A stretch of DNA of 64,000 nt from positions 96,001-160,000 of the forward strand of contig JBGAIQ010000002.1 of NCBI GenBank assembly GCA_044225365.1. Direction: 5' to 3'. The notes below the pieces were generated by a model, which worked only from the letters and a program-made list of their open reading frames with translations, was not told the origin of the DNA and made no database searches. Shown piece by piece: positions 1 to 9,951 of this stretch. The stretch is from Planctomycetota bacterium (GTDB lineage: Bacteria > Planctomycetota > B15-G4 > JADJEK01). The position numbers were made by a program, and so were the translations under genes. Positions within the stretch are counted from its first letter, which is position 1. Each line of letters begins with the position of its first letter.

Positions 1-83
1 ATCAGTTCATGGTGAAGGCGAGGAACAAGAACGGCGTCGAGACGGTGTTCTCGCCCGTGACGTTCGTCGTGACCTCGCCCTGA
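1..83 (+). CDS. 3' end of a CDS entering from the left, with a fibronectin type III-like C-terminus
   Basis: Frame 3 reads QFMVKARNKNGVETVFSPVTFVVTSP*, with TGA at 81-83. This resembles the FN3 'F-x-V-x-A-x-N-x-x-G' strand. Confidence 0.5.
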   Translation, partial: QFMVKARNKNGVETVFSPVTFVVTSP

Positions 84-158
84 TCGACGAGCCATAGGCA
101 AACGAACGAGGAGGTCGCGATGAGCTTCATCGCGGCCTCCTTCTCGTTCGTGGCCCGC

Positions 159-2996
159 TCAGAAGCCCGTGTTCGAGAGGTCGCGCACCGGACGGCATCC
201 CACTTCGTCGCTGCGATACGTGGGATCGTCGCGCCGGCGATCCGAAGCGCGGACGCCCGCGGCGGGATCGGCGTAGCTTCCACCGCGGCGGATTCGGGAG
301 TGCGATTCCGCAGGGGCGCGCAATCCGTCGCCTTCCTGCGCTCGGACCGAGTACTCGCAGAACGCGTCGGCGCACCATTCGGACACGTTGCCATGAGTGT
401 CGTAGAGGCCGAACGCATTCGGGGAATAGCGACCGACGCGGCACGGGATCGCCTCGCCGTCGCTCCACGATTCGCAGCCGCCGAGCTGGACGTTGGCGAA
501 GGACTCGGCGAACGTTCGCTCGCGCACGTTGGCGTGGGTCGAGAGGTCCGCAGGGTTCGCGCCGAAGGAGAAGGCGGTCGCCGTTCCCGCGCGACAGGCG
601 TATTCCCACTGCGCCTCGCTCGGCAACGAGTAGCCGAAGCGTGAGAGCAGCGCGGTGCATTCGACCCACGAGACGTTCTCGATCGGACGATCGAGTCGAT
701 TCGATTCGGGGTACTCCGCCATCCATGCGGACGGATTCGATCCCAGAAGGCGCGCCCACTGGCCCTGCGTCATCTCGTATCGCGAGACGAGGAACGGCCG
801 CAGGGGGACTTCGACGGTCGAGCCGCCGTTCGATTCGAGATCGACGGCGCAAGGATCGAAGTTCGCCGCGCGAGGATCGGAGTTCTGAGCTCCCTGAGCG
901 AGGACTCCGCCCGGGACGAGGACGAACACGAGCCCGGAATGCTCGCCGATCTCCAGCGATCCATCCGGTCGATGCGACGGGATCGGTAGGTCCGCGGGAT
1001 CCTCGTTCGCTCCGAGATCGCAGGCCGAGCGCAGGTCGTAGAACTCCCACAGTTTCGTCGCCGGGTTCATCCCGATCGGAACGAGTCCGACGAGCGGAGA
1101 AAGGTCGATGGGGCCGCCGAGCGAGGTGGCGTACCGCTTCGACGCGACGACGTCGTCGGCGGCGACGATCGCGGCACGGGCCGCTTCCCACGAGACTCGA
1201 GCGTTCGGGTGGTGGAGCGAGAGAGCAGAGATTCGCTTCGCCCAGGCGAGACGCTTCTCGACGTCGGGCCGAACGATCTTCTCGAGTCGAGAGACGTCGG
1301 ACGTGAGTCCGACGAGCGTGTCGTGAAGGAAGAGTTCCGCGGGATCCGTGAATTCGAGCTCCGGCTTCGCCTCGCTGCCACCGTGCGTAGCGTGCGACTC
1401 CAATGTGGAAACGGTGGTTGTGAGCGCCGGCCGCAGATCGCACAGTTCCTTGGCGTCGTCTTCGAGCCAGTGCTTCATCGCTGCGATCTGACTCGGCCAC
1501 GGTGGATAGAGCGCCTCTTCGAGGTGGAGGGCCCGTTCGAGCTTGACGACGGCGGCCAGTTGGTCGAATTGCGCACGACGCCGCGCGAGTTCGGAGTCGT
1601 GCTGCTCGAGTTGCCGGTCCTTCGCGGTGATCGTCCGATTCGCGAGTTCGAGATCGCGATTGGTCGCCGCGATCTCCTGGTTCTTCTTGGCGAAGAGCAG
1701 GGTGCACCCGGCGAGGGCGAGGCCGAAGAGGAAGAAGAGGGTCGCGAATGCCGGATTGCGCTCTACCCATTTGCGCAGCTCGGCGAGCGACCCCGTGGCG
1801 TGCGCCGACACGACGCGGCATTCGAGGTAGGCCCGCAGGTCGTTCGCGAGATCGGTCATCGTCGCGTAGCGCTTCTCGATCTCGCGAGCCATCGCCTTGT
1901 CGACGATGGCGATGAGTTCGCTGGGAACGTTGCGCTTGCGCGCGTCGATCGGCTTCGGCGGCCCCATGACCACGCGCTCGACGACGTCGCACGCCGACGG
2001 TTGTTCGCCCGGTTCGATGTACGGAGGCCCGCCGTAGAGGAGGTGGTAGAGGACGGCGCCGATCGCGTACACGTCGCTGTGCGGACCGATGTGTTCGAGA
2101 TCGCCGATCGCCTGCTCGGGCGGCATGTAGCACGGCGTGCCGATCACGTCGCCGTCCATCGTCATCGCCGCTGCGTCCGGGTCGGATGCTGGATTCGTTC
2201 TCTCGGACTCGAGGCGCTTGGCCTTGTCCTGTCGCACGGACCGCACGAGATCCGGGCGGATATCGCAGCGGACTCGGATGTCCTTGGTGTCGGGCTTCCC
2301 GACGACTCGCGCGAGGCCGAAGTCCATGACGTACACTTCGCCGAAATCGCCGACCATGATGTTCGCGGGCTTGAGATCGCGGTGGATCACGCCCTTCATG
2401 TGCGAGAACGCCATCGCCTCGCACACCCGTTGCAGCAGGCCGAGGACTCGCGTCGTGTTCCATTCGGAGTTGCCGGCCGCGATCTTGTCGAAGACGTTCT
2501 TCAACGTCTGACCCTTGACGAGCTGCATCGAGAAGAAGACGCGCCCGTTGCGATCGACGCCGAGTTCGTGGATGGGAACGATGCCGGGATGATCGAGCTG
2601 ACCCGTGACCTGCGCCTCTTCGACGAAGCGTTCGAGATTGCGGGCGTCGTCCCCCGTGAGGACCTTGATCGCAAGCGTGCGCCGCAGGTTCTTGTCGTAG
2701 ACCTCGAAGACCTTCCCCATCCCGCCCTTTCCGACCTCGCCCTTCAGCGAGTAGCGGTGCGAAGTCGGGCCTTGGGACTTCAGCTCTCGAACGATGCCGA
2801 CGCCGTCGGCGTTGCTCTCGGGTTCGTCGTCACCGAACGCGACCTCGCAGACGGGAGTCCGCGCGAGTTGATCGAGCGCATCCGAAACGACCCGCGACGA
2901 GAACCCGCGAGCCTCCGCGTTCTTGCGGACGCAATCCTCTCGCTCCGCGGCGGGCAGCGGCTTGGCAAGGTCGACGAGAATGCGAAGCGGATCCAT
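159..2996 (-). CDS. Hanks-type Ser/Thr protein kinase with a TM segment, coiled coil and C-terminal FGE-sulfatase (SUMF1) domain
   Basis: Kinase motifs: GKGGMGKV, AIK, HRDLKPAN, DFG, GTPCYMPPEQ. Hydrophobic segment ATLFFLFGLALAGCTLLFA. FGE motifs: LPSEAQWEYACRAG, PNAFGLYDTHGNVSEW, RGGS. Confidence 0.92.
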   Translation of the reverse strand: MDPLRILVDLAKPLPAAEREDCVRKNAEARGFSSRVVSDALDQLARTPVCEVAFGDDEPESNADGVGIVRELKSQGPTSHRYSLKGEVGKGGMGKVFEVYDKNLRRTLAIKVLTGDDARNLERFVEEAQVTGQLDHPGIVPIHELGVDRNGRVFFSMQLVKGQTLKNVFDKIAAGNSEWNTTRVLGLLQRVCEAMAFSHMKGVIHRDLKPANIMVGDFGEVYVMDFGLARVVGKPDTKDIRVRCDIRPDLVRSVRQDKAKRLESERTNPASDPDAAAMTMDGDVIGTPCYMPPEQAIGDLEHIGPHSDVYAIGAVLYHLLYGGPPYIEPGEQPSACDVVERVVMGPPKPIDARKRNVPSELIAIVDKAMAREIEKRYATMTDLANDLRAYLECRVVSAHATGSLAELRKWVERNPAFATLFFLFGLALAGCTLLFAKKNQEIAATNRDLELANRTITAKDRQLEQHDSELARRRAQFDQLAAVVKLERALHLEEALYPPWPSQIAAMKHWLEDDAKELCDLRPALTTTVSTLESHATHGGSEAKPELEFTDPAELFLHDTLVGLTSDVSRLEKIVRPDVEKRLAWAKRISALSLHHPNARVSWEAARAAIVAADDVVASKRYATSLGGPIDLSPLVGLVPIGMNPATKLWEFYDLRSACDLGANEDPADLPIPSHRPDGSLEIGEHSGLVFVLVPGGVLAQGAQNSDPRAANFDPCAVDLESNGGSTVEVPLRPFLVSRYEMTQGQWARLLGSNPSAWMAEYPESNRLDRPIENVSWVECTALLSRFGYSLPSEAQWEYACRAGTATAFSFGANPADLSTHANVRERTFAESFANVQLGGCESWSDGEAIPCRVGRYSPNAFGLYDTHGNVSEWCADAFCEYSVRAQEGDGLRAPAESHSRIRRGGSYADPAAGVRASDRRRDDPTYRSDEVGCRPVRDLSNTGF

Positions 2997-3086
2997 GGCG
3001 TTTCGGATCCGTACATCGGCATTCGAGGGCGAAAAGGCTGTGCGAAAAGAGGCCCTGATGGAATCCGAAGAGCGCGAGCGCGCGCT

Positions 3087-6000
3087 TCACTTCGGCTTCG
3101 GCAGAGCTTTGTTCACCTTGTCGGCATCGTCGGTCTTGCCCGCTGCGATCAGAGCCTCGCGCAAGTCTTCGCCGATGTCCTGCATCGCGTCCTTGTTGTC
3201 GACCTCCGTGACGATGCGGAGGGCTTCGTTCAGCGTTTCCAGGGCTTTCGCGACATCGCGTTGGGACTTGCCGTTCTGCAGGCCCCAGCCCAGTTGGCGC
3301 AATGTGTACGCGAGCTTCGTCTTGTAGATCTTCGCGTCCGCGGAATCCTTGGGCGCGAGTCCGATCTGCGTCTCGTAGTCTGCGAGGACCTGCTGCAGGA
3401 GTTGGAAGCCCTCGGATTCCTGATTCTCGAGGCGCAGCTTGGTCTTGCCGAGCTGGAACTTCATCTGCGGAACCCAGCCGCCCCAGGTGGCCGGATCGTT
3501 CTGGGCGAGGCTCGTCGCGCTCTCGAGGCCGCGCTTCAGGACGGCGACAGCCTCGTCGAAGCGCTTCAGCTCGAACAGCGCGGCGCCTTCCTGTTCGAGG
3601 AGATCGGGGTTGCTCAGCTTGTAGGTCTTCTCCGCGTCGCGCATGCGCAGCGCGCATTCGTCGTAGCGGCCGAGTCGCGACAGGAGCGAGCCGAGTTTCG
3701 CGAACGGCTTCGAACCATTCAGCCCGAGCCGGATCGCATTGTCGATTCGCGAGATCGCTTCTTCGAGCTTGCCGAGACCTTCGTACAGGAGGCCGAATCC
3801 GTACTGGAACTCAGCATTGTCGCGATAGGTGGTCGGCTGGTCCTTCTCGAGCGATTCGAAGAACTTCAGCGTCGTGTCATTGAATTGTGCGAGCGCCACC
3901 GCGACGCGGGCGAGCTCCTCGAACGCCGGCTGGAAACTGGGCTCGTGACGCAGCGATTCCTGGAGATCCTTCTCCGCATCCTCGAGCCGTCCGCGTCGTT
4001 CGCGGATCAAGGCCCGATGGTAGTAGCCGACGCCTCGCGTACCACCATTCGCGATGTACTCGTCGAGCAGCTTCTCGGCCTGCGTCAGGAGATCCTCGTA
4101 GCGCTCCTTCTCATTGGCCTGGAGCGCCGCCATCGCACCCGTGAAGAGGTCGATCGCGTGATAGAGCTTCGCGTTGTTGCGAACTTCGGGGTCGGTCGCC
4201 TTTTCGAGCTGGACGATCTTCGCCATCGCCTCGGCGGACTGCTCCTTCGAGGTCGACACGCTGAGGAGGTGGCTCGCGAGCAAGAGCGCGAGCGGCTCGT
4301 TGTCCGGTTTGGCGAGAAGCGCGGCCCGCACGAGTCGCTCGGCGACGTCGCTCTGCCCCTGCCCCTTGTAGATCAGGAAGAGCTGCGAGATCGTCGGAAC
4401 GTCGTCGGGGTGATCCTTCAAGTACGCTTCGAGATCCTCCTGGAGCTGCTTCAACATCGCCGCGGCGGCGGCAGGATCGCCGCTCTTGCCGATGAGGCCC
4501 TGGATCTCCAGGGTCGTCTGCTCGATCTGCTTGCGCAGCGGATCCGCCGCCGGGTTGTTCGGCGGCAGCATGTCGTGAGTCTGGCGCAGGAGCAGCAGCG
4601 CGTTCTGGATCTCGCCTTGCGCCGCGAGTGCCTTCGCGAGGGTGATGCGCGCCGGATAGAACTCGGTCCAGATGTCGATCGCGCGCTTGTAGTCGGCGAT
4701 CGCGCGGGCGATGTCGCCCGCCTTCTCCTCGACCTTCTTGCGGCGTTCGTTCTCGCCGCGGAGGTACCACGCTCGGGCCGAGCCGGGCGCAGTCTTCACC
4801 ATGTCCTCGTAGATCGACGTGTTCGTCGCGTACGCGCGATTGCGTATCGCGCAGAGCACGCAGAACAGCACCAGGAGTGCGGTCAGGGTCGCCCGCGTTG
4901 CACGCGCGAGGCCGTCGCTCTTCTTCTCTAGCGCCGAGAGCATTCCGACGAGGATCGCGCCCGTCGCGAGGCAGAGGCCGACCGTCGGGAAGTAGGTGAG
5001 GCGCTCGCCGAAGATCGTTCCGTGCTGGATGAAGATGTTCGAGACCGGCCCGAACGCGAAGAGGAAGAAGAGGAGCCCAAAGCCGATCGCTGGCACCTTG
5101 CGCAGCAACATCAAACCGCCGAGCGTCATCGCGGCGAGCACGGCGAACGCCGACATCGCAGCCGGCTCGCCGAGCGACTTCGCGATCGGCAGCTCGTTGA
5201 ACGAGTAGTCCGCGGACTGGCCCCACGGCACGACGAAGAGATGGAGGACGCGTGTGAAGAGCGTGCAGCCCGTCGCGAGGCAGACCATGAACGGCTGGCG
5301 GATCAGCGGGTTGTCGAGTTGGCTGATCACGCTCGGGTCGGGCTTGAGTGTTCCGAGCACGTTGTAGCGCACGATCACGTTGAACCCGACCACGACGGCG
5401 AACCCGAGATACGCGAACAGCCGCGGCTTCAGCGCCGGCGCTTCACCGCGCCGCGCGAGATCGAAGAGCGGCAGGAGCACGAGCAGGATCGCGGCGTTCT
5501 CTTTCGTGAAGATCGCGATCGTGAACGCGACGAGGCAAAGCGCGTAGCGCGGGAGCTTGAACGAGCCCGCCTTCACGGCGTTGCCATACAGCAGGAGCGC
5601 GAGCAGCGAGAACATCGTCGCCTGCGTCTCGCCGAGTCCGACGACGTATGCGACGGCTTCGGAATGGAGCGGGTGTGCAGCGAAGAGCAGGCCCGCGATC
5701 GCGGCGACGCGGCGATCCATCGCGAGGCGATACGCGAGGCGCGTGACGAGCAGCGACGCCAGCACGTGGTAGATCAGGTTGAGGACGAGCAGCGGCTGCG
5801 CGCTCGCGCCCTTCCACAAGTACGACGCGCCGAGCACCACCATCATCAGCGGCCGGTACAACGCCTGCCCCGCGATCCGCCGCGAGGGGTCGAGCGCGCG
5901 ATTGACGCCGTCCCAGAACCCTTCGTGGAAGAGCCGGCCGAGGCCCATGAGCTTGTGGAAGAAACCGTCCTGCTGCGCGATCTCGCGGAACGTGACGTTC

Positions 6001-6125
6001 GACTCCATCATGAAGCTCGAGTCGTAGACGAGGCCGTTCTTCAGCGCGTTGGCGAAAACGATGACGGCGACGAAGGCGACGAGCCAGTAGATGCGACCGG
6101 GCTTCGCGGAGTGCGTTTCGAACAT
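3087..6125 (-). CDS. TMTC-like (DUF1736) GT-C membrane glycosyltransferase with C-terminal TPR repeats
   Basis: Multi-TM N-terminal half with YRPL, HPLHSEAV, LDNPL, SADYS and ERLTYFP, followed by TPR repeats. Start moved to ATG 6125, which has a GGAGA RBS upstream. Confidence 0.78.
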   Translation of the reverse strand: MFETHSAKPGRIYWLVAFVAVIVFANALKNGLVYDSSFMMESNVTFREIAQQDGFFHKLMGLGRLFHEGFWDGVNRALDPSRRIAGQALYRPLMMVVLGASYLWKGASAQPLLVLNLIYHVLASLLVTRLAYRLAMDRRVAAIAGLLFAAHPLHSEAVAYVVGLGETQATMFSLLALLLYGNAVKAGSFKLPRYALCLVAFTIAIFTKENAAILLVLLPLFDLARRGEAPALKPRLFAYLGFAVVVGFNVIVRYNVLGTLKPDPSVISQLDNPLIRQPFMVCLATGCTLFTRVLHLFVVPWGQSADYSFNELPIAKSLGEPAAMSAFAVLAAMTLGGLMLLRKVPAIGFGLLFFLFAFGPVSNIFIQHGTIFGERLTYFPTVGLCLATGAILVGMLSALEKKSDGLARATRATLTALLVLFCVLCAIRNRAYATNTSIYEDMVKTAPGSARAWYLRGENERRKKVEEKAGDIARAIADYKRAIDIWTEFYPARITLAKALAAQGEIQNALLLLRQTHDMLPPNNPAADPLRKQIEQTTLEIQGLIGKSGDPAAAAAMLKQLQEDLEAYLKDHPDDVPTISQLFLIYKGQGQSDVAERLVRAALLAKPDNEPLALLLASHLLSVSTSKEQSAEAMAKIVQLEKATDPEVRNNAKLYHAIDLFTGAMAALQANEKERYEDLLTQAEKLLDEYIANGGTRGVGYYHRALIRERRGRLEDAEKDLQESLRHEPSFQPAFEELARVAVALAQFNDTTLKFFESLEKDQPTTYRDNAEFQYGFGLLYEGLGKLEEAISRIDNAIRLGLNGSKPFAKLGSLLSRLGRYDECALRMRDAEKTYKLSNPDLLEQEGAALFELKRFDEAVAVLKRGLESATSLAQNDPATWGGWVPQMKFQLGKTKLRLENQESEGFQLLQQVLADYETQIGLAPKDSADAKIYKTKLAYTLRQLGWGLQNGKSQRDVAKALETLNEALRIVTEVDNKDAMQDIGEDLREALIAAGKTDDADKVNKALPKPK

Positions 6126-6240
6126 TCGAGGATCTCCTCGCACGGGCGGCCTCGTTCGGAGTGCGCGAGGGGGGTGCCGTGCGAGCGGGACGCGGATCTT
6201 AGCTATTTCGGGACTTGATCTTTCGGCACTTGATTCGGGT

Positions 6241-6957
6241 TCAGAAATCGACGCCGAGCGCATTGCGGAAAGTGGCTCGCGCACACTCGCCGCAGTCGGG
6301 AGCGACGGCATCCGCGAGATCGATCATCGACCGCGCGTCGTCGTGCGACGCGCCGAGGGCGACCGCACCACGAAGGTGGGAGAATAACTGACGATCGAGC
6401 CGAAGTGCGGACAGAGCGCAGATTGCCATCAATTCTCGCGTCTTCGCGTCCAGCGTGGAACGCGCCAGGATCCGCCCGTAGGCATCGTGGAGAACGGCTT
6501 CTTCGAAATCGGGACCATAGCGGCGCAACTGGGACCGGACCGCCGAGGACGAGCGGCCGTAGATCCGGTCGAAGAGTCGAGCCCCTTCGGCTGCCCGGGT
6601 GGAGGCGTCGCGAACGTCCTTCTCGAGGCCCTCGGCCGTGAGGCCGCCCGCCTTGTCCAACGCGAAGAACGACTCAATCGCCCGCGGGAAACCGCCGAAA
6701 AGGTGGGTCGCAAGCGCGCCTTCGGTCAGAGCTTGCGGTGGGACGCCATGGGCGAGCGCAAGGCGATACAGCCGTTGCAACTCGTCGAATCGAGAGTCCG
6801 CCGCGAGCGCGAGAGCGAGCGCGAGTGCGCGCGTCACGAGGTTCGCACCGCGCGGTTCCTCGGTGAGGAGGCGCTCGATCTCGAACTCCGAGAGTTCACG
6901 CGGTGGACCCCGGCGCGGGGTCGACTCGCCACGTTCATCGTTCCTGGCGTTCGTCAT
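6241..6957 (-). CDS. Carboxymuconolactone decarboxylase / AhpD-like family protein
   Basis: AYGRILARSTLDAKTRELMAICAL...LFSHLRGAVALGAS, plus an N-terminal GFPRAI repeat. Start uncertain. Confidence 0.8.
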   Translation of the reverse strand: MTNARNDERGESTPRRGPPRELSEFEIERLLTEEPRGANLVTRALALALALAADSRFDELQRLYRLALAHGVPPQALTEGALATHLFGGFPRAIESFFALDKAGGLTAEGLEKDVRDASTRAAEGARLFDRIYGRSSSAVRSQLRRYGPDFEEAVLHDAYGRILARSTLDAKTRELMAICALSALRLDRQLFSHLRGAVALGASHDDARSMIDLADAVAPDCGECARATFRNALGVDF

Positions 6958-7095
6958 CGAGGGCTCCGAGACTCCGCACGAACCGGGTGTTTCCAAGCTG
7001 TTTCTCTCTCAACGCTAGGTGCGCGAGAAGCGTACGAACCTAGCAACTCGCGTGAGAACGCGACGGGCATTCGCGCGCTTCCCGTACGAGCGCCC

Positions 7096-7125
7096 TTGAC
7101 GGCTCGAGTCGTCATCCGATTGAAT
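7096..7125 (+). promoter_or_regulatory. Possible sigma70-like promoter
   Basis: TTGACG-N18-TTGAAT, about 30 bp upstream of ATG 7154. A weak match. Confidence 0.25.
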
Positions 7126-7153
7126 CCCTGCTTCGGTCCTTATCGAGGAAATC

Positions 7154-8962
7154 ATGATCTCATCGCTCCTCTCGTTCGCTCTCGCCGTGCCGGGGCTCGT
7201 CTTCGCCCAAGATTCGAAAGATGCGAAGCCGGCCGCGCCCCAGCAGCAACCCGCGGGCAAGCCCGCGACTCCGGCGCCGGCTCAAGGTCAGCCGGCCAAG
7301 GGTGGCGAGCAGCCGGCCCCGGCTCAGCAGCAGCCGCCGCTCGTCCAGCAGCCGCCGCAGCCTCCCGACCAGCCGCTCGGCAAGATCACGGACTATCGCG
7401 GTGGCGGTAACGGCGTCCCGTACATCCGACGGCTCGAGGACGTGCGCGATTTCGACTTCACGAACGTCGACTTCGACGCGCCCGTCATCGCGACGGTCGA
7501 CGGCACCTCGGTCACGAAGGAGGAGTACCAGCTCTGGCTCGCGTTCAGCTCGGGTCAGCAGGGCGTGCGCGCCGCGCAGCTCCAGCGCCTCACCGAACAG
7601 GCCGTGAAGAAGATCGCCGCTGAAGGCGGCGACGTGAAGCGGTACGAGGTGACGGAAGCCGATGTCGACGCCAAGTTGAAGGGCGAAGAAGAGCAGGCTC
7701 GGGCGCAAGGCGAGCAGGCGCTTGCCGACTACAAGAAGCTCGTCGAAGAAACGCTCGGCGGAGAGCGTTATCGCCGGCTGATCCGCGCGAACCTCATGAG
7801 CGAGAAGCTGCTCCTGCCGCCGATCGAGAAGGTCGAGGGCAAGCCGCCCGAGGGTCTGCCGCTCGAATCCGCACAGCTCCTCGAGGATCGCACCGACCTC
7901 CGCGACTACCTCAACAACGCCTACATGAGCGGCGCGGACTTCCCCGCGATGTTCCGCAATCAGTTCCTGATCATGTTGCAAGAAGCGCAGGTCAGCAAGG
8001 CGAAGATCGACTACGCGATCGAGTCGAAGGCACTCCCCGCGGGCGTTTACATGACGATCGGCGGCGAGCCCGTGACCACCGCCGAGATCCTCGACTTCGT
8101 GCCGAATACGCCGGACACGCGCGATCTCGCGATGCGTCTGCTCCTCGTCTATCGCGCCATCGACCGCGAACTCGAGAAGAACAACGCGAAGCTCACGAAC
8201 GAGCAGTTCCAGTTGATGTTCGAAGCGCACGAAGCGGAATACAAGAACACGCTCTTCCCGCTGCAGAACCTCATCCGCCTGCGTGGTTTCATGACGATGC
8301 CCGAGTACCGCGAGTACTACCGACGTCGCGCCGCGTACCAACAGTGGAAGGCGGCCCAGCCCGAGATGAAGACGGACGACGCGCTGCGAGCGCACCACGA
8401 GAAGTACGGCCTCCTGTTCTACGAGAACGGCAAGGTCACGCTCGACGTCCTCTGGGCGGGTCTCACCGAAGCCGAAGCCAAGACCAAGGGCGATCTCAAC
8501 GCCGCGTGGAAGACTGCCTACGATCACGCGATCTCGATGCTCGGCGAGCTCAAGGGCGGCAAGCCGATCGACCAGGTTCGCACGGCGCAGGGCGACACCT
8601 TCCCGGTCGATCCCACGGGCAAGCTCCTCGCCAAGACCCGCAACGAACTGCGCAACTTCCTCGGCGAGACCGAATACACGATCTTCGTCAACGGCTACTC
8701 GCTCGCCGACGACATCTTCTACAACCGAGTCGAAGGCGAGATGGTCGGGCCGATGAAGGCGAACCGCACGCTGCTTCCCGGCATGAAGAGCCGCATGGGT
8801 TACATCGTCGCCCAGGTGGTCGACTTCAAGAAGAACTCGGTGAAGAAGCAGTTCGACCAGCAGCGACAGATGGTCGAACAGGACTTCTACGACCTGAACT
8901 TCACGTACTTCGCGCACCAGGCGCTGAAGGACTCGAAGATCGAACTCACGATGAAGAAGTGA
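7154..8962 (+). CDS. Secreted SurA/PrsA-like chaperone with a degenerate parvulin domain
   Basis: Signal peptide and a Q/P-rich linker. SurA-N-like segments (VIATVDGTSVTKEEY, VTEADVDAK; a second GGEPVTTAEI). Parvulin-like tail GEMVGPMK...GYIVAQV. Strong codon bias and a GAGG RBS. Confidence 0.55.
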   Translation: MISSLLSFALAVPGLVFAQDSKDAKPAAPQQQPAGKPATPAPAQGQPAKGGEQPAPAQQQPPLVQQPPQPPDQPLGKITDYRGGGNGVPYIRRLEDVRDFDFTNVDFDAPVIATVDGTSVTKEEYQLWLAFSSGQQGVRAAQLQRLTEQAVKKIAAEGGDVKRYEVTEADVDAKLKGEEEQARAQGEQALADYKKLVEETLGGERYRRLIRANLMSEKLLLPPIEKVEGKPPEGLPLESAQLLEDRTDLRDYLNNAYMSGADFPAMFRNQFLIMLQEAQVSKAKIDYAIESKALPAGVYMTIGGEPVTTAEILDFVPNTPDTRDLAMRLLLVYRAIDRELEKNNAKLTNEQFQLMFEAHEAEYKNTLFPLQNLIRLRGFMTMPEYREYYRRRAAYQQWKAAQPEMKTDDALRAHHEKYGLLFYENGKVTLDVLWAGLTEAEAKTKGDLNAAWKTAYDHAISMLGELKGGKPIDQVRTAQGDTFPVDPTGKLLAKTRNELRNFLGETEYTIFVNGYSLADDIFYNRVEGEMVGPMKANRTLLPGMKSRMGYIVAQVVDFKKNSVKKQFDQQRQMVEQDFYDLNFTYFAHQALKDSKIELTMKK

Positions 8963-8980
8963 GCGAAGGGCAGAGCCACG

Positions 8981-9024
8981 ACGGCGGACGGTCCCCCGCG
9001 AGGGAGGGCGTCCGCCGTTTTCTT
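8981..9024 (+). terminator. Rho-independent terminator
   Basis: ACGGCGGACG (8981-8990) pairs perfectly with CGTCCGCCGT (9009-9018), followed by TTTCTT, just after the stop at 8962. Confidence 0.75.
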
Positions 9025-9059
9025 GATTCGGGGAGGGACGTGGAGGGCGGGGAGGAAGA

Positions 9060-9158
9060 TCGTACGTCGGTCTCGTACGTCGTACGTCGACTCGGAGGTC
9101 GCGTCGCGGTCGTTGGGCGGAGGGAGAACATCGTGAAACGCCAAACGCCAAACGCCAA
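9060..9158. repeat. Intergenic heptamer short tandem repeats
   Basis: TCGTACG x3 (9060-9086) and AAACGCC x3 (9136-9156). Confidence 0.6.
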
Positions 9159-9199
9159 TCGCTCGTTCCCAATCTCCCGTTGCCGCGTACGATTCTGCG

Positions 9200-9937
9200 A
9201 TGGACGCGCGGCTCCTCACGACTCCTTCGCTCCACCCGCAGCTCAACATGGCGCTCGATGAGGCCGTGAGCGCCGAGGGTGTCACGGTGCGGTTGTACGG
9301 GTTCGAGCCGGGCGCGATCTCGCTCGGATACTTCCAGAGCGCGAGCGAGTTTCCGCAGGAGTGGCTGGAGGAGCGGGGGCTCGTTCTCGTGCGGCGGGTC
9401 ACGGGCGGGGCCGCGATCTGCCACGTCGGCGACATCACGTTCTCGATCGTCGCGCGGCCCGAACATCCGATCCTCGCCGGGGACGTGGAGGCTTCGTACC
9501 ATCGCATCCACGAAGCCGTCGCCGCGGGACTCGCGATCCTCGGAGTCGACTCCGCACGGCGTGGGGATCGCGGAGTCCAATCGGATTCCACGCGCGCTGC
9601 GGAAGCGATCTGCTTCTACAAGGCCACCCGGTTCGACCTCGTCGCCGCCGGCCGCAAGCTCGTGGGCTCGGCGCAGCGCCGCACGCCGCACCGCGTGCTG
9701 CACCACGGTTCGATCCCGCTCACGAAGAACCTGCTCGCGCCGAATGCCGCGTGCGTCCGCGACCTCGTCGGCCGCGACGTCGGATTCGGCGAAGCGGCGG
9801 CCGCTCTCACACAGGCCTTTCGAAGCGAACTTCGCCTCGATCTCGTGCCGGCTGCAATCGAAAGCGACGAGCGACTCCGCGCGGAGCAACTCGTCGCCTC
9901 ACGGTTCGCCACCGACGAATGGAATCGCCGGCGCTGA
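9200..9937 (+). CDS. Lipoate-protein ligase A family (LplA/LipM-like)
   Basis: NMALDEA, ISLGYFQ, VRRVTGGAAICH, GRKLVGSAQRR, HHGSI. Adjacent to gcvH. Confidence 0.88.
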   Translation: MDARLLTTPSLHPQLNMALDEAVSAEGVTVRLYGFEPGAISLGYFQSASEFPQEWLEERGLVLVRRVTGGAAICHVGDITFSIVARPEHPILAGDVEASYHRIHEAVAAGLAILGVDSARRGDRGVQSDSTRAAEAICFYKATRFDLVAAGRKLVGSAQRRTPHRVLHHGSIPLTKNLLAPNAACVRDLVGRDVGFGEAAAALTQAFRSELRLDLVPAAIESDERLRAEQLVASRFATDEWNRRR

Positions 9938-9951
9938 ACGATCGCCGGAAT

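Noticed and set aside
1209-4931. 1240-aa plus-strand ORF, and similar long ORFs (7160-9889, 42316-45987, 46937-50152, 58366-60816)
   Set aside because: Antisense shadows of well-supported genes in high-GC DNA, with no motifs.
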